A stretch of 64,000 nucleotides of DNA from Octopus sinensis (GCF_006345805.1 NC_043003.1:65472001-65536000), one strand, 5' to 3'; positions 38,362-48,552 are shown, numbered from the stretch's first letter. Program-made: numbers and translations. The notes: generated by a model not told the origin, from the letters alone.

Positions 38362-41144
38362 TGCAGATGAATGTGTAACTCTATATGTCTGTGTGTCAAA
38401 CAGCACGGCCTATTGCTCATGTTGTTCGACTCACAGATAAATAGACATGAGTGCTATTCTGTGAATGAATGCCTCGTTTTCTAATTGAAAATGGGCTTCA
38501 TTTCAGGTTACTTCCACCTACTCAGCTGCAAACAAGTGCAAACTAGATGTCGGCGCAGTTGTCTTCTCCTGCAGCTCTAGTAATCTGAATGTGACACTAG
38601 ATGTAGACGAACGGGAACATGAAGAAGGTGTGTGTCAATTTGGAACTACTTAAAAATACAAAACAATAAGCGAAAACATGGTACATTGCCGAGTCATATT
38701 CTTTTACAAATTACGTGGGCTGCAAATGCATACATAAAAACATAGATACACACAAGCACATACATAAACACATGAATCCCCGCCTCATAGTTACACACAC
38801 GCACATACCACTCATATATGCTTGTGTGAAAGAATGTACATATATGCGAGGTACCTTCATCAGAAGTCTTGTACAATGTCTTTTTTTTATTTTTGAGGCT
38901 CAAGACTTTTCATATACCCCTCGTATATATATATATATATATATATATATAATGGAAATACTAGAGTAAAATATATGCATATGTATATGATATATATAAT
39001 ATATACATATATATATCGTGCTATCTGTTTATCTGTCAGTCTGTCTATCTATCTATCTATATTTCTATCTCACTATCTATATATATATATATATATATCT
39101 ATCTATCTGTCCATAGGTATGTATATATGTGAGTCTATATGTGGATATGTATTAGTACTTGTGCGTGAAACAGAGTAAGAATAAAAATCACTAGACTACG
39201 AAATGGATGTAATTTTCTAAATTGTTTCCAGGGGTTTTAAATATTTTGTAGATATCAAACAGTTTCCATCCATTGTTTAAAATTCGATAAGAAAGGTATC
39301 ATCTCCGTTATGCTCTCGTAGCAACATATTTACTTCTCTACATGAAAAAAGTATGAATAGATATGTTGTAATCAAGTAAGACCTATCATGCATTCATTAA
39401 TGCAGATATTATATTTTGTTTGGAAAACGAGAATTTTACAAACTTAATCTCTGATGGCTATAGTCTTGATTTTGGGAGTATTTTAATCTCTTTCAAAATG
39501 CTAAGCATTATTATTGTTGTTTCTTATTGTCTCTAGATTCATTCTTACTGGTGTTAAAAAGCTTTAGTAAGGTTTTCTGATGTAATTATATCCAGCAGGG
39601 ATTCATCTATCTTTTTGCTTCAGCGTTCACAACAAAGCATGTTTCTAAATTCCGTTGTGTATAGAATCGGATCAATTAGAATGAACGAAGGTATTATACG
39701 ATGTAGAAATTTCTGCTCGCTATTTGAGGAAATGAATATGAGGAAATTAGTTATTTTCAGAACTGAACATCAATAATAAAATATAAATGATTTGAAATGG
39801 ATATTTGGATTTAATAAATGAATCTGTAGTGTTTCATTGTGTTCTTTCTGCGATTTCTGCTGCTCACTAAGGTCTTTGAAAAGTAATCTCAACACAGAAA
39901 ATTGAATTTTCGCAATGCGCTCAGCAACAGAGGTATGTATCATTATGAGAACTGATTAGCTGTCCAGGAAAGCGATAACAAGCTTTGATGTTATATTTTA
40001 TGTGACGTTTTTGTAAGTTTAATTAAAATTCTTAAACAGTTTGCTTAAACTAGCAAATTAATGAATAATAAGCATCCTTATTAAAATATCGATTTAGATA
40101 AAAATAATGCGTCACTCTATGGGAAAAGGATAAATTAGATTAGTATCCAATTTAAGAGAAATGATCGACTGTACAAAATAATGTTTTCTTGATTGTACAT
40201 AAAGATAGTGTTCTTAATATAGAAACTTATATAATACATAATAATACTGAGGCAGTTCAGAAAACGCACAGCCGCCATTTTAGGTTTCGTTATGAAGGTG
40301 AAATTTAGATTATTTTCTATTACGAAGAAAGCTAAAATAACTTGTGAGTAATTGTTTTCGTTTTGCTGTCAGGCTACAAAGAAGGAAATCATTTACTTTC
40401 TCGTCTCATCAATCATGTTATAATCTATTTTTTTTAAAACTTCAATATTTTTTATTTGTTTTCCATGTCTTCAGAACTTCTGAGGGAATATAATAATTTA
40501 ATAGAAATATCGTAGTCATCACTGACTTCAACTTTAACAGTAACGATAAAGAATTGTTTTATTGGATTAGAAAAAAAAATAATTTTATTAAAAGTTAAAC
40601 TAAGCCGGCAGAATAGACATCGATGTCAACTGAAATTAAATCTACTACAACCAGGTTTCCATGCTTAACTAATTAAGACGTTCTTCTACATTTTCTATGT
40701 TCTGCTGTTTTGTTTAAACTCGTTTCTACTTTCACAGACATGAAATAAATAAATCCGTTCATTCCTTGGAAACATTGCCCATTTTAATAAATCGATTATA
40801 ACACTAAAAATGCTAATTATTACAAATACTATTTGTTCAAATTTTATTTTTAAATTATTTGTTCTATCTCGATGAGCGCAAAACATTATAGAGAAAATAT
40901 ATCGTCGTCTAAATTAATTATGGTATATTACGTTTTCGATGCAGATATAATCTAGGGGTAAGACGACAAATAAAAGGGTATGGTTATACTTACATACCTA
41001 CATGCATAGATGCATGCATGCATACATACATACATACATACATACATACATACATGCAAACACATGCACACTCACACACACGCACGCATGCACACACATA
41101 CATATACACACACATCTATACATACATATGTACATACATACATG

Positions 41145-41412
41145 TTTGTTGTTTGTTCCTTCTCAAGCAACGCCTGGCTCATAATGGCCGGTTTCCCGGT
41201 TTCCTTGGCGTATAGGTTCCCCACCTGGACGGGACGCCGGTCGGTCGCAGTGAGAGATAGTTGTGGAGAAAGAGTCGGCAGAAGTTCGCCATTACATTCT
41301 GCCAGAGCCGCGTGGAGCTTGGTTGTTTTCGCTCATACATCGCCCGGTCTAAGATTCGAACCGCAATCCTTCGACCGCGAGTCCGCTGCTCTAACCACTA
41401 GGCCATGTGCCT
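41145..41412 (-). mobile_element. tRNA-derived SINE (family C-like head, different body)
   Basis: Minus strand GGAGGCACATGGCCTAGTGGTTAGAGCAGCGGACTCGCGGTCGAAGGATTGCGGTTCGAATCTTAGACC has clear A and B boxes. Confidence 0.88.
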
Positions 41413-41673
41413 CCACTATATACATACATGTATATACATTTGTGTGTATGTGTGTGCATAGTCACGAGAGGAAAACTTTCGACCAAATGTTTTGCTTAGC
41501 AGCAATGACCTAGAATTAAACAAGTGCCAAGAAATTCTTATGTTTTTAAAAGAAGCCATCACTGCTTGAGCATTATTTACCTGGCAAGGACATGATAAGC
41601 TACACACAAACTATATGCCGTAATATGGGAAAGAATACTGTTCGTTTTACAGCCAGGCAACCTAAATATGTGC

Positions 41674-41716
<43 letters not shown>

Positions 41717-42079
41717 AGGAAAAACTATGAAAGCATCTGGAGAATACAGAAAAAACTTTCCGTTTGTTATATACGAACGAAAACTGCGGCAGCTTAACAG
41801 GCTTGTATTCTCAAGTAAGAGAAATGTGACAAGTGATGCTTCACCTTGACAACAGCGGAAGAATAACTATGTACAACTGATTTGTGCAGGACACAATATT
41901 TAATTATTGATGAGTCTCTATGAATAGTTTAAGATTTAAACCAAAAAACAATAAATATTATGATACAGAAGACCCTTGAATATTGAAACCAAATGAAATA
42001 TAAAATCGTGATAAGTCCATTGTTTAAAACTGGTAAACAGAGTCAAATAGGTAGAATGCTATATATCGTCGTCGACTGT

Positions 42080-42190
42080 CAACAATGGAGTGGTAAGAAG
42101 TTTGCTTCTCGACTACATGGTCATGGTTGCAGTCCCACTCATCAGTACCTTGGGTAAGTGTCGTTTACTCTATCCCTATTATAGTAGCCT
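42080..42190 (+). mobile_element. SINE family B 5' remnant
   Basis: GTGGTAAGAAGTTTGCTTCTCGACTACATGG...CAGTCCCACT...CCTTGGGTAAGTGTCG. Confidence 0.65.
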
Positions 42191-42199
42191 TATGCCGAC

Positions 42200-42610
42200 A
42201 AGAAAACATCTGGACAGTTAGATGATACAAAAAAGGAAAGGAAAAAACAAGAACGGGTCATTCAGAGGTTCCTATCTTCAGTCGAGTTCCAGGTCATCTT
42301 TGCAGTTTCGGCTGGTTAGACACGAGACTGCTCCAATCTGGCCGGCCTCAAGAAAATCTAAGCTAAGAGCACTAGACTCCTTGGAAGAAGGCAAGCGAAT
42401 GTATGCTAAAACAAGGACGGAAAAAATACGAAGAAATGGTACACAATTACAAATGCAAACAACAGGACATTAACAACATGTGTATTTCGACTAAGGACAA
42501 ATTAGATTAAGTTGGCTTGTCTTGGAAGTAAAGCCTTACAGCGGGGATATAAAAGATGGAAGTCATGGGAAGGAATATAAGAGATGCTATGAGGATGGTA
42601 GTCGAACGAA
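42200..42610. repeat. Interspersed repeat, diverged homolog of 27390-27805
   Basis: See the 27390 feature. Confidence 0.8.
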
Positions 42611-42744
42611 GAAAGAATCGTCAGGCTTATATAAAGTTCATAGACGAGAATGAGATATTCTCCGTATAGAGTACACTTATAGTGCTCAGAGCGGGTAGTG
42701 GAGTAAATGTAAGGATAAGCTAGTTAGGCTGGTCAATATACAAA

Positions 42745-43190
42745 GAAATGTAAATCCATTAAATACAAAATAAGTATATATGTTAACATACAATAAGGCC
42801 CGATTACACAGAATAGAAATAATATCAAGAATTAAAGGGGCCCAAGTGAACCATTACAAATCCAAGAGCTATTTATGGGTTAGAGTTTTACTCGGTGGTC
42901 CAAATTTATGATTACCTTTGAGATGTTGACCGAAATATCCTTCCAACTTTAGTCTCCTTTCCGTCAACACCTCAAATGTAAGATTTCTTCCCTGAAGACG
43001 GAGGCTCGTATCATCCGGCGATGGAATTAATTACTAATCATTAATTTGGACCACCGAGCCCCCAGAAACAGATGTTGGCTTTGTAATGCTCCTTTTCGAC
43101 CCCTTTAATTCTTGACGTCATTCCTCTTCTGTGTAAGTCGGACCCTTTTCTATGTAAATATATACATTTTGTATTTAATCTATTTAACAT
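42745..43190. mobile_element. Diverged fold-back element, ~160-170-bp inverted arms around a ~120-bp spacer
   Basis: Inner 24 bp nearly perfect (42891-42914 vs 43035-43058, one mismatch); outer arms share CATTACAAA.CCAA, TCAAGAATTAAAGGGG, TTACACAGAA and ATTAAATACAAAAT in reverse complement. Confidence 0.75.
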
Positions 43191-43960
43191 TCTTTGTATG
43201 TCAAGCTGCCTAATTTGCATACCCTTATATCTACTCCTATATATGTGTGTGTGTTTGTGTGTGCGTTCGTGTGTGTGTATGTGTGTGTGTGTGTGCGTGT
43301 GAGTGTGAATGTATGTATGTTTGTGTGCGTGTCTTTGGGCCTGTCCTCCGCCACCGGTGTGCGTATGTTTTATGTAAGTATGTACGTGTGTGTGTGTCGG
43401 TCAGTAGGAAAGAAGAACAACCTGTACTTTGCGAAAAATTGCATTATGTATCAGGTGAAGAAACTTGAAGCCAGAAAACTATATATTGTGGATCCCCTTG
43501 AAGTTATTTTAAATGCTGTGTCTGTGGTCTTATCTAATCTTTGAAAAACTGTACTTGTCACAAACTAAGGATGTTAGACAGTTTCTTTTTCTTTTATCTG
43601 CTTATATTTCCATTGCCAGCATCTACCTAAACTCTATGCTTTATGTATCTTTACAGATTGTTGCAAAATCCACTTTGTACGAACGCTCAAGGGCATAGTG
43701 GATCAATTCTTAATTCCTTATCGGAATTTCAGGCTAGTTTTTGGCATAGGAAAATTTAAACCAGTCATCTAAGAGGCTATGTAAATGCAGGTAGCATACG
43801 TATGACATATTTATCTTTTATTAAAGATTACGTTGGAAATCTTGTCAACTGTCATCATACACAAGTACATACATATATATATATATATATTCGCATATGC
43901 ATGTATGTATATGTGTGTGTTCATGTGTGTAAATACATATATGTGCATATCTATCTGTCA

Positions 43961-43992
<32 letters not shown>

Positions 43993-44005
43993 TTACACAC
44001 ACACA

Positions 44006-44065
<60 letters not shown>

Positions 44066-44066
44066 A

Positions 44067-44185
44067 AATAGAAATATTAAAATTACTAAGTCTCTCTAAA
44101 GGAGATTACGGCAGCGTTACTGGATATTAATAGTTATCGCCAAACTAATGTGGCAGTCCATAAATATAAGACTAAAGCTGTCGCT
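44067..44185 (-). repeat. Inverted partial copy of the 362-bp hammerhead-bearing unit
   Basis: Reverse complement equals 44311-44429 with three mismatches. Confidence 0.95.
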
Positions 44186-44245
44186 AGTTTTTGGCATAGG
44201 AAAATTTAAACCAGTCATCTAAGAGGCTATATATATGTGGAATGA

Positions 44246-44678
44246 TTGTAATGGACGCAGGTTCGTGTGTCATATAGCTAGCTAGAGGCGATGGCCTCTT
44301 GGAGCTAATCAGCGACAGCTTTAGTCTTACATTTATGGACTGTCACATTAGTTTGGCGATAACTATTAATATCCAGTAACGCTGCCGTAATCTCCTTTAG
44401 AGAGAGTTAGTAATTTTAATATTTCTATTATTGAAAACAAGTGGATGTATTCCACTGTAACCAGGTAAATAAAATCTTCGAACAGACGGTCGGTAGCGAC
44501 ACCTGCTGGGTCTGACTACGCTGCTTTGATAAAGGGCAACATCCCTGAAACATGTCTGCAGATGTCTGACCAGCAAGGTGAAGCGGCTGACCTCCCCTGT
44601 TCGAAGGTTGTAATGGACGCAGGTTCGTGTGTCATATAGCTAGCTAGAGGCGATGGCCTCTTGGAGCTAATCAGTGAC
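44246..44678 (+). mobile_element. 362-bp tandem unit with hammerhead ribozyme (retrozyme-like or Penelope pseudo-LTR): one full unit plus the start of a second
   Basis: 44246-44316 recurs at 44608-44678 (period 362, one C/T difference); the second unit resumes at 48498-48552 after the LINE. Confidence 0.8.
44476..44606 (+). ncRNA. Type I hammerhead ribozyme with U3-A8 core variant and extended stem I
   Basis: CTGCT-TTGATAA-AGGG-CAACAT-CCCT-GAAA-CATG-TC-TGCAG (44521-44561). Flanks pair: 44501-44512 with 44568-44579, 44488-44493 with 44587-44592, and 44476-44485 with 44597-44606 (perfect 10 bp). Confidence 0.78.
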
Positions 44679-44683
44679 CTAAT

Positions 44684-45466
44684 TTGAGGAGCGTAGACTC
44701 AAACCCACCTGAGGACCGTTGTTCTCCCCAAAAGAAGAAACGTAGTCAAAACTCCAGTGGGGCAGATTTAGCTATGAAACCTGATCACGATAAAATCTGT
44801 TTGGATTCTCCCTCACTTGTCCTTCCCATTAATGCCATTGCTCAACCAATTCTGAACGATCTCGATGTGAGTTCATCTGGGGAGTAGTGCTCCCCCAAAC
44901 CGAAGAAGAGGCAGTGCAGTTCCAAACCAGGCGGGAAAATTATGACCACTAAACCCATTCCGATCGACCCCACAGGCCGACATAAGTCCGATGGCTATGA
45001 AACCACCCTTTCGAAATCTTCCAATGAAGAATCGAATACCGCAGCTCATAGTGGAGAACATTTTGCCCACTCAAGATCAGCAATAATTTATGGTAAAGCT
45101 GAATCCACCTGTGATACAGGCATAAACCGCCTAAAAGATGACATTAATTTTGTTTCCATTTTAGTTGGAAAATTGTTCTCTGTGAACGAAAATGTCAGTG
45201 TCCATAAGGTCGCTCGGCTAGGAAGATTCCAAGCGAACCCAACCTCGGATACTAGACCACGCCCAATAAGGGTAATCTTCTCCTCCGATCGGGAGGCTTC
45301 AGTCTTTCTGAACAGAGCTCAGACGCATGCCTGGGAAGACCCCAATATGGGTTTTCGCGAGGAATACTCACTAAGAGAGAGAATTCGCCGGAGAAACCTA
45401 ATATCCGAACTAAAGATGAGGAAACAAATGGGAGAGAAGGTTTACGAATCCAAGATGGACAGATAA
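44684..45466 (+). pseudogene. LINE ORF1, partial, with in-frame stop at 44885-44887
   Basis: Track ORFs 44684-44887 and 44942-45466 are in the same frame. The C-terminal AIIYGKAE...KVARLGRF...RPRPIRVIFSS...YSLRERIRRRNLISELKMRKQMGE is the RLG/RPRPI pattern seen in ORF1 of CR1/L2-group elements. Confidence 0.8.
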
Positions 45467-45494
45467 TCAGTCCTACCTCTGGTCCCATGCTGTA

Positions 45495-46884
45495 GTGCTG
45501 ACAGGGAAAGTGATGTGGAGGGCAGATCGAAGTGAAGTTGATACCCCCGTCAACGATGCTATCTCTGATACCCCTTATTCTGCTTGTTCCCCAACTCCCG
45601 CCCCTCAGACTTCACAGCTCAGCATCGTCTACACCAACTCGTGCTCCTTATTCCCAAAGTTCAGTGAACTATTTACACTGGCCATACGTGACTCCCCTGA
45701 TGTGATAGCTATCACCGAGACTTGGCTGACTCCAGCAGTAAGGACTCAGAAATCCACCTGCAGGGCTACGTCCTTTTCAGATGTGACAGAGGAAAAAGGC
45801 GAGGTGGAGGTGTTGCTGTGTATGTTAAGTCTGAGCACAAACCGTCCAGCGGTATTCTACCCACTAATGCTCAACCTACAACAAAATTCGATGCCGTCTA
45901 TTGCAAGCTGAGCCTATCTGAGTTTTGCCTGCCCGTGTTGGCTGTCTACAGGCCGCCTCTTGCCGACCCCCAGGACGATGCTCATTTACTCGAAGCGATA
46001 AGATTCGTTTCAGCTTCGCATGACTGTTTGGTACTAGGAGACTTCAACGCTCCCACGATCGATGGCCCGCATCAATTTGTACAACATCTTCCCGTTTCGG
46101 CCAGGCCCTTCTTGACGTGGCTGAAGATTGTTTTCTATCGCAACATGTTGAATCCGACAAGGCATCGGTCTGGGCAGCAGCCATCTATGCTAGATCTGGT
46201 ATTCTCCCGCTATCCAAGATCAGTGTCAGACGTATCTGTGTGCGCCCCTCTTGCCAAGAGTGATCATGCGGTCCTGAAGTTCGTCATGCACACAACTTTT
46301 TCTACGCCCACGACTACTTCGCTGCCACGTAGAGTCTTCTCTGCAATTAATCTTGAAATTCTAACCGAGGCTTCCGCGCTGCTGGACTGGCGATCCCTGA
46401 TGACGTCGTCCTCTGTTGACGAACTATGGTCATCCCTCAAAGCATATGTAATCTGTTTGACTGACCAGGCAGTTCCCGTTGGGCTTCCCAAGAAGAAGAA
46501 ACACAAGCCCTGGGTGACGAAGAAGGTTAAACGAGAACGTCGACTCAGAGATATTGCTTGGGCTGAATTCAAAAATCTGGATTCGACTGCAGCTTTTGAG
46601 GTGTACAAAACTCAACGAGACCGAGCCGTGGAAAAAAGAAAGAAGAACGCTTCAGTTATGAATACAAAATCGCGGCAAATGCCAGTAGCAATCCAAAAAC
46701 CTTCTTTGCCCATGTCCAGCGGAATTCCCGCTTGAACAACCAGATTGCAACGTTGGTAGACTCAACAGCGCGTATCGATTGAGGACCCTTATCAACAGAG
46801 TCAATTATTTGCCGAGGCTTTTTCAACTATTTTCAAACAAGATGATGGTCGTGAACCCCCTCCATTGATAGATCGGTACCTCCA
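45495..46884 (+). pseudogene. LINE ORF2 APE endonuclease and linker, frameshifted
   Basis: SIVYTNSCSL, DVIAITETWL, FRCDR...RGGGVAVYVK, VYRPP, LVLGDFNAP, LDLVFS and SDH motifs are split across frames. Confidence 0.92.
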
Positions 46885-48399
46885 ATGTTTCGATTGGTCA
46901 TCACGCGGGACGAAGTCAAACGTGTTATTCAAGGCCTCGATGTCAACAAGGGTCACGGCCCTGACGGCATACACCCACGGGTTATCAAAGCGTTGGCTCC
47001 GGTCATCTGCGAGCCCTTAACACGACTATTCAATATGTCATTGGCGACGGGTGTTATACCTGCAGACTGGAGAACAGCGATAATCTGCCCAATTTTCAAG
47101 AAAGGGAGCCGCGAAGACCCGCTTAACTACCGACCGGTTTCCCTTACATCAATAATCAGCAAGATGTTCGAAACCATCCTTAAGAAAAGTATGATGCTCC
47201 CCCTCCTAAACACAGCCTCTATCTCTGATTCCCAACACGGCTTCGTGCCGAAGAGATCATGCTTGACCAACTTACTAGTAATGGAAGAATTGGTAACGCG
47301 CATCCTCGATGATAGTGATGCTGTTGACATCGTTTTATTGGACTTTGCCAAAGCTTTTGACTCGGTAAACCACCGCCTATTACTTGTCAAGCTTCAAGCA
47401 TATAGTTTCCATCCGGATATTATACGATGGGTTGGTTCCTTCCTCTCAGATCGCTCCTTCCAAGTCCAAGTTAATGGTTTGCGGTCCGACGTCTCCAATG
47501 CGAGCAGTGGCGTGCTTCAAGGTTCAGTGCTTGGGCCCTTGTTGTTCTTAGTCTTCATAAATGACTTGCCCGACGACCTCACGCAACACACCCTTCTATT
47601 TGCCGACGATATCAAACTGGTCGCTCCTCGCGGTAATATAGAGGATCTTCGTCGATGCCCCCACCAAATTTGGAAGTGGTCTAACGATTGGGACCTGTGT
47701 CTGAACGTGTCAAAGTGCTGTCATCTGCCTGTCGGCTCTACTCCTGCAACTCAACTTGATTTCGAGCCGGGTCGTCTGCTGCTGGAGAGGACCGATCAGG
47801 TAAAGGACCTGGGTATCTTGGTGGATTCCTCCTTTTCGCCTTCGGCCCAGTGCGTCCATGCTGCCAACAAAGCACGCGGAATTCTGTTCTTGATTCGACG
47901 GTCATTCGGAATGCTCACAGCAGCCATATTCCTACCACTCTATGTCACGCTGGTGAGACCCATATTGGAGTATGGGATTCAAGCCTCTTCTCCTTATCTC
48001 CTCAAAGACATACAGCATCTCGAAAGAGTCCAGAAGCTGGCTACCCGCATGGTTCATGGTCTCAAAAATTTGTCCTACGAAGAAAGGCTGAGGACGCTCG
48101 ACCTTTATTCTCTTGAAAAACGCCGCCGCCGTGGTGATCTCATTCTCGCCCACAACATCATAAGCGGAAAGTGTAACCTCTCGAAAGAGCTGTTCTTCAC
48201 TCCTGCTCCAGAGCGTCGGCTGCGGGGTCATTCCGAAAAGCTCTACCTGCGACGATTTCATCTCAATCGAAGGAGAGGAGCTTTCTCCGCCCGGGTTGCG
48301 GATCCGTGGAAAAAGCTGCCAGACGAGATGGTGAAGATGCCGACGACCGCTTTGTTCAAAGCCTCCCTGGACCTCAAGTGGCCTGAACTCTTTACATGA
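46885..48399 (+). CDS. LINE ORF2 reverse transcriptase domain (open 504-aa segment; not a true start)
   Basis: KGHGPDGI, WRTAIICPIFKKG, NYRPVSLTS, QHGF, LDFAKAFDSV, SGVLQGSVLGPLLFLVFINDL, FADDIK, KDLGI, LERVQKLATRMV, SYEERL, RRRRGDLI. Confidence 0.95.
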   Translation: MFRLVITRDEVKRVIQGLDVNKGHGPDGIHPRVIKALAPVICEPLTRLFNMSLATGVIPADWRTAIICPIFKKGSREDPLNYRPVSLTSIISKMFETILKKSMMLPLLNTASISDSQHGFVPKRSCLTNLLVMEELVTRILDDSDAVDIVLLDFAKAFDSVNHRLLLVKLQAYSFHPDIIRWVGSFLSDRSFQVQVNGLRSDVSNASSGVLQGSVLGPLLFLVFINDLPDDLTQHTLLFADDIKLVAPRGNIEDLRRCPHQIWKWSNDWDLCLNVSKCCHLPVGSTPATQLDFEPGRLLLERTDQVKDLGILVDSSFSPSAQCVHAANKARGILFLIRRSFGMLTAAIFLPLYVTLVRPILEYGIQASSPYLLKDIQHLERVQKLATRMVHGLKNLSYEERLRTLDLYSLEKRRRRGDLILAHNIISGKCNLSKELFFTPAPERRLRGHSEKLYLRRFHLNRRRGAFSARVADPWKKLPDEMVKMPTTALFKASLDLKWPELFT

Positions 48400-48497
48400 A
48401 CACCACCCTGTACTTAACTCCATGTCCCCCTACATGGCCTTGCTATTTGCTTTTGAGCCAAATAACTAACTAACTAACTAACTAACTAACTAGTGAC

Positions 48498-48552
48498 AGC
48501 TTTAGTCTTATATTTATGGACTGCCACATTAGTTTGGCGATAACTATTAATA
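48498..48552 (+). repeat. Continuation of the second 362-bp unit after the LINE
   Basis: AGCTTTAGTCTTATATTTATGGACTGCCACATTAGTTTGGCGATAACTATTAATA equals 44317-44371 with two differences, and is identical to the corresponding part of the inverted arm. Confidence 0.95.

Larger units (their letters stand above)
44679..48491 (+). mobile_element. 5'-truncated CR1-group LINE, 3813 bp, (TAAC)n tail, TSD AGTGAC
   Basis: Partial ORF1, APE and RT; AGTGAC at 44673-44678 and 48492-48497; the host unit is continuous across the insertion. Confidence 0.95.

Noticed and set aside
39624-39932. Exon-like segments with plausible splice sites near 39624-39690 and 39870-39931
   Set aside because: No phase-compatible chain without stops and no recognisable protein.
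48462-48491. (TAAC)n tract resembling a telomere-like repeat or a repeat array
   Set aside because: It is the LINE 3' tail; no CRISPR-like spacer structure exists anywhere in the window.
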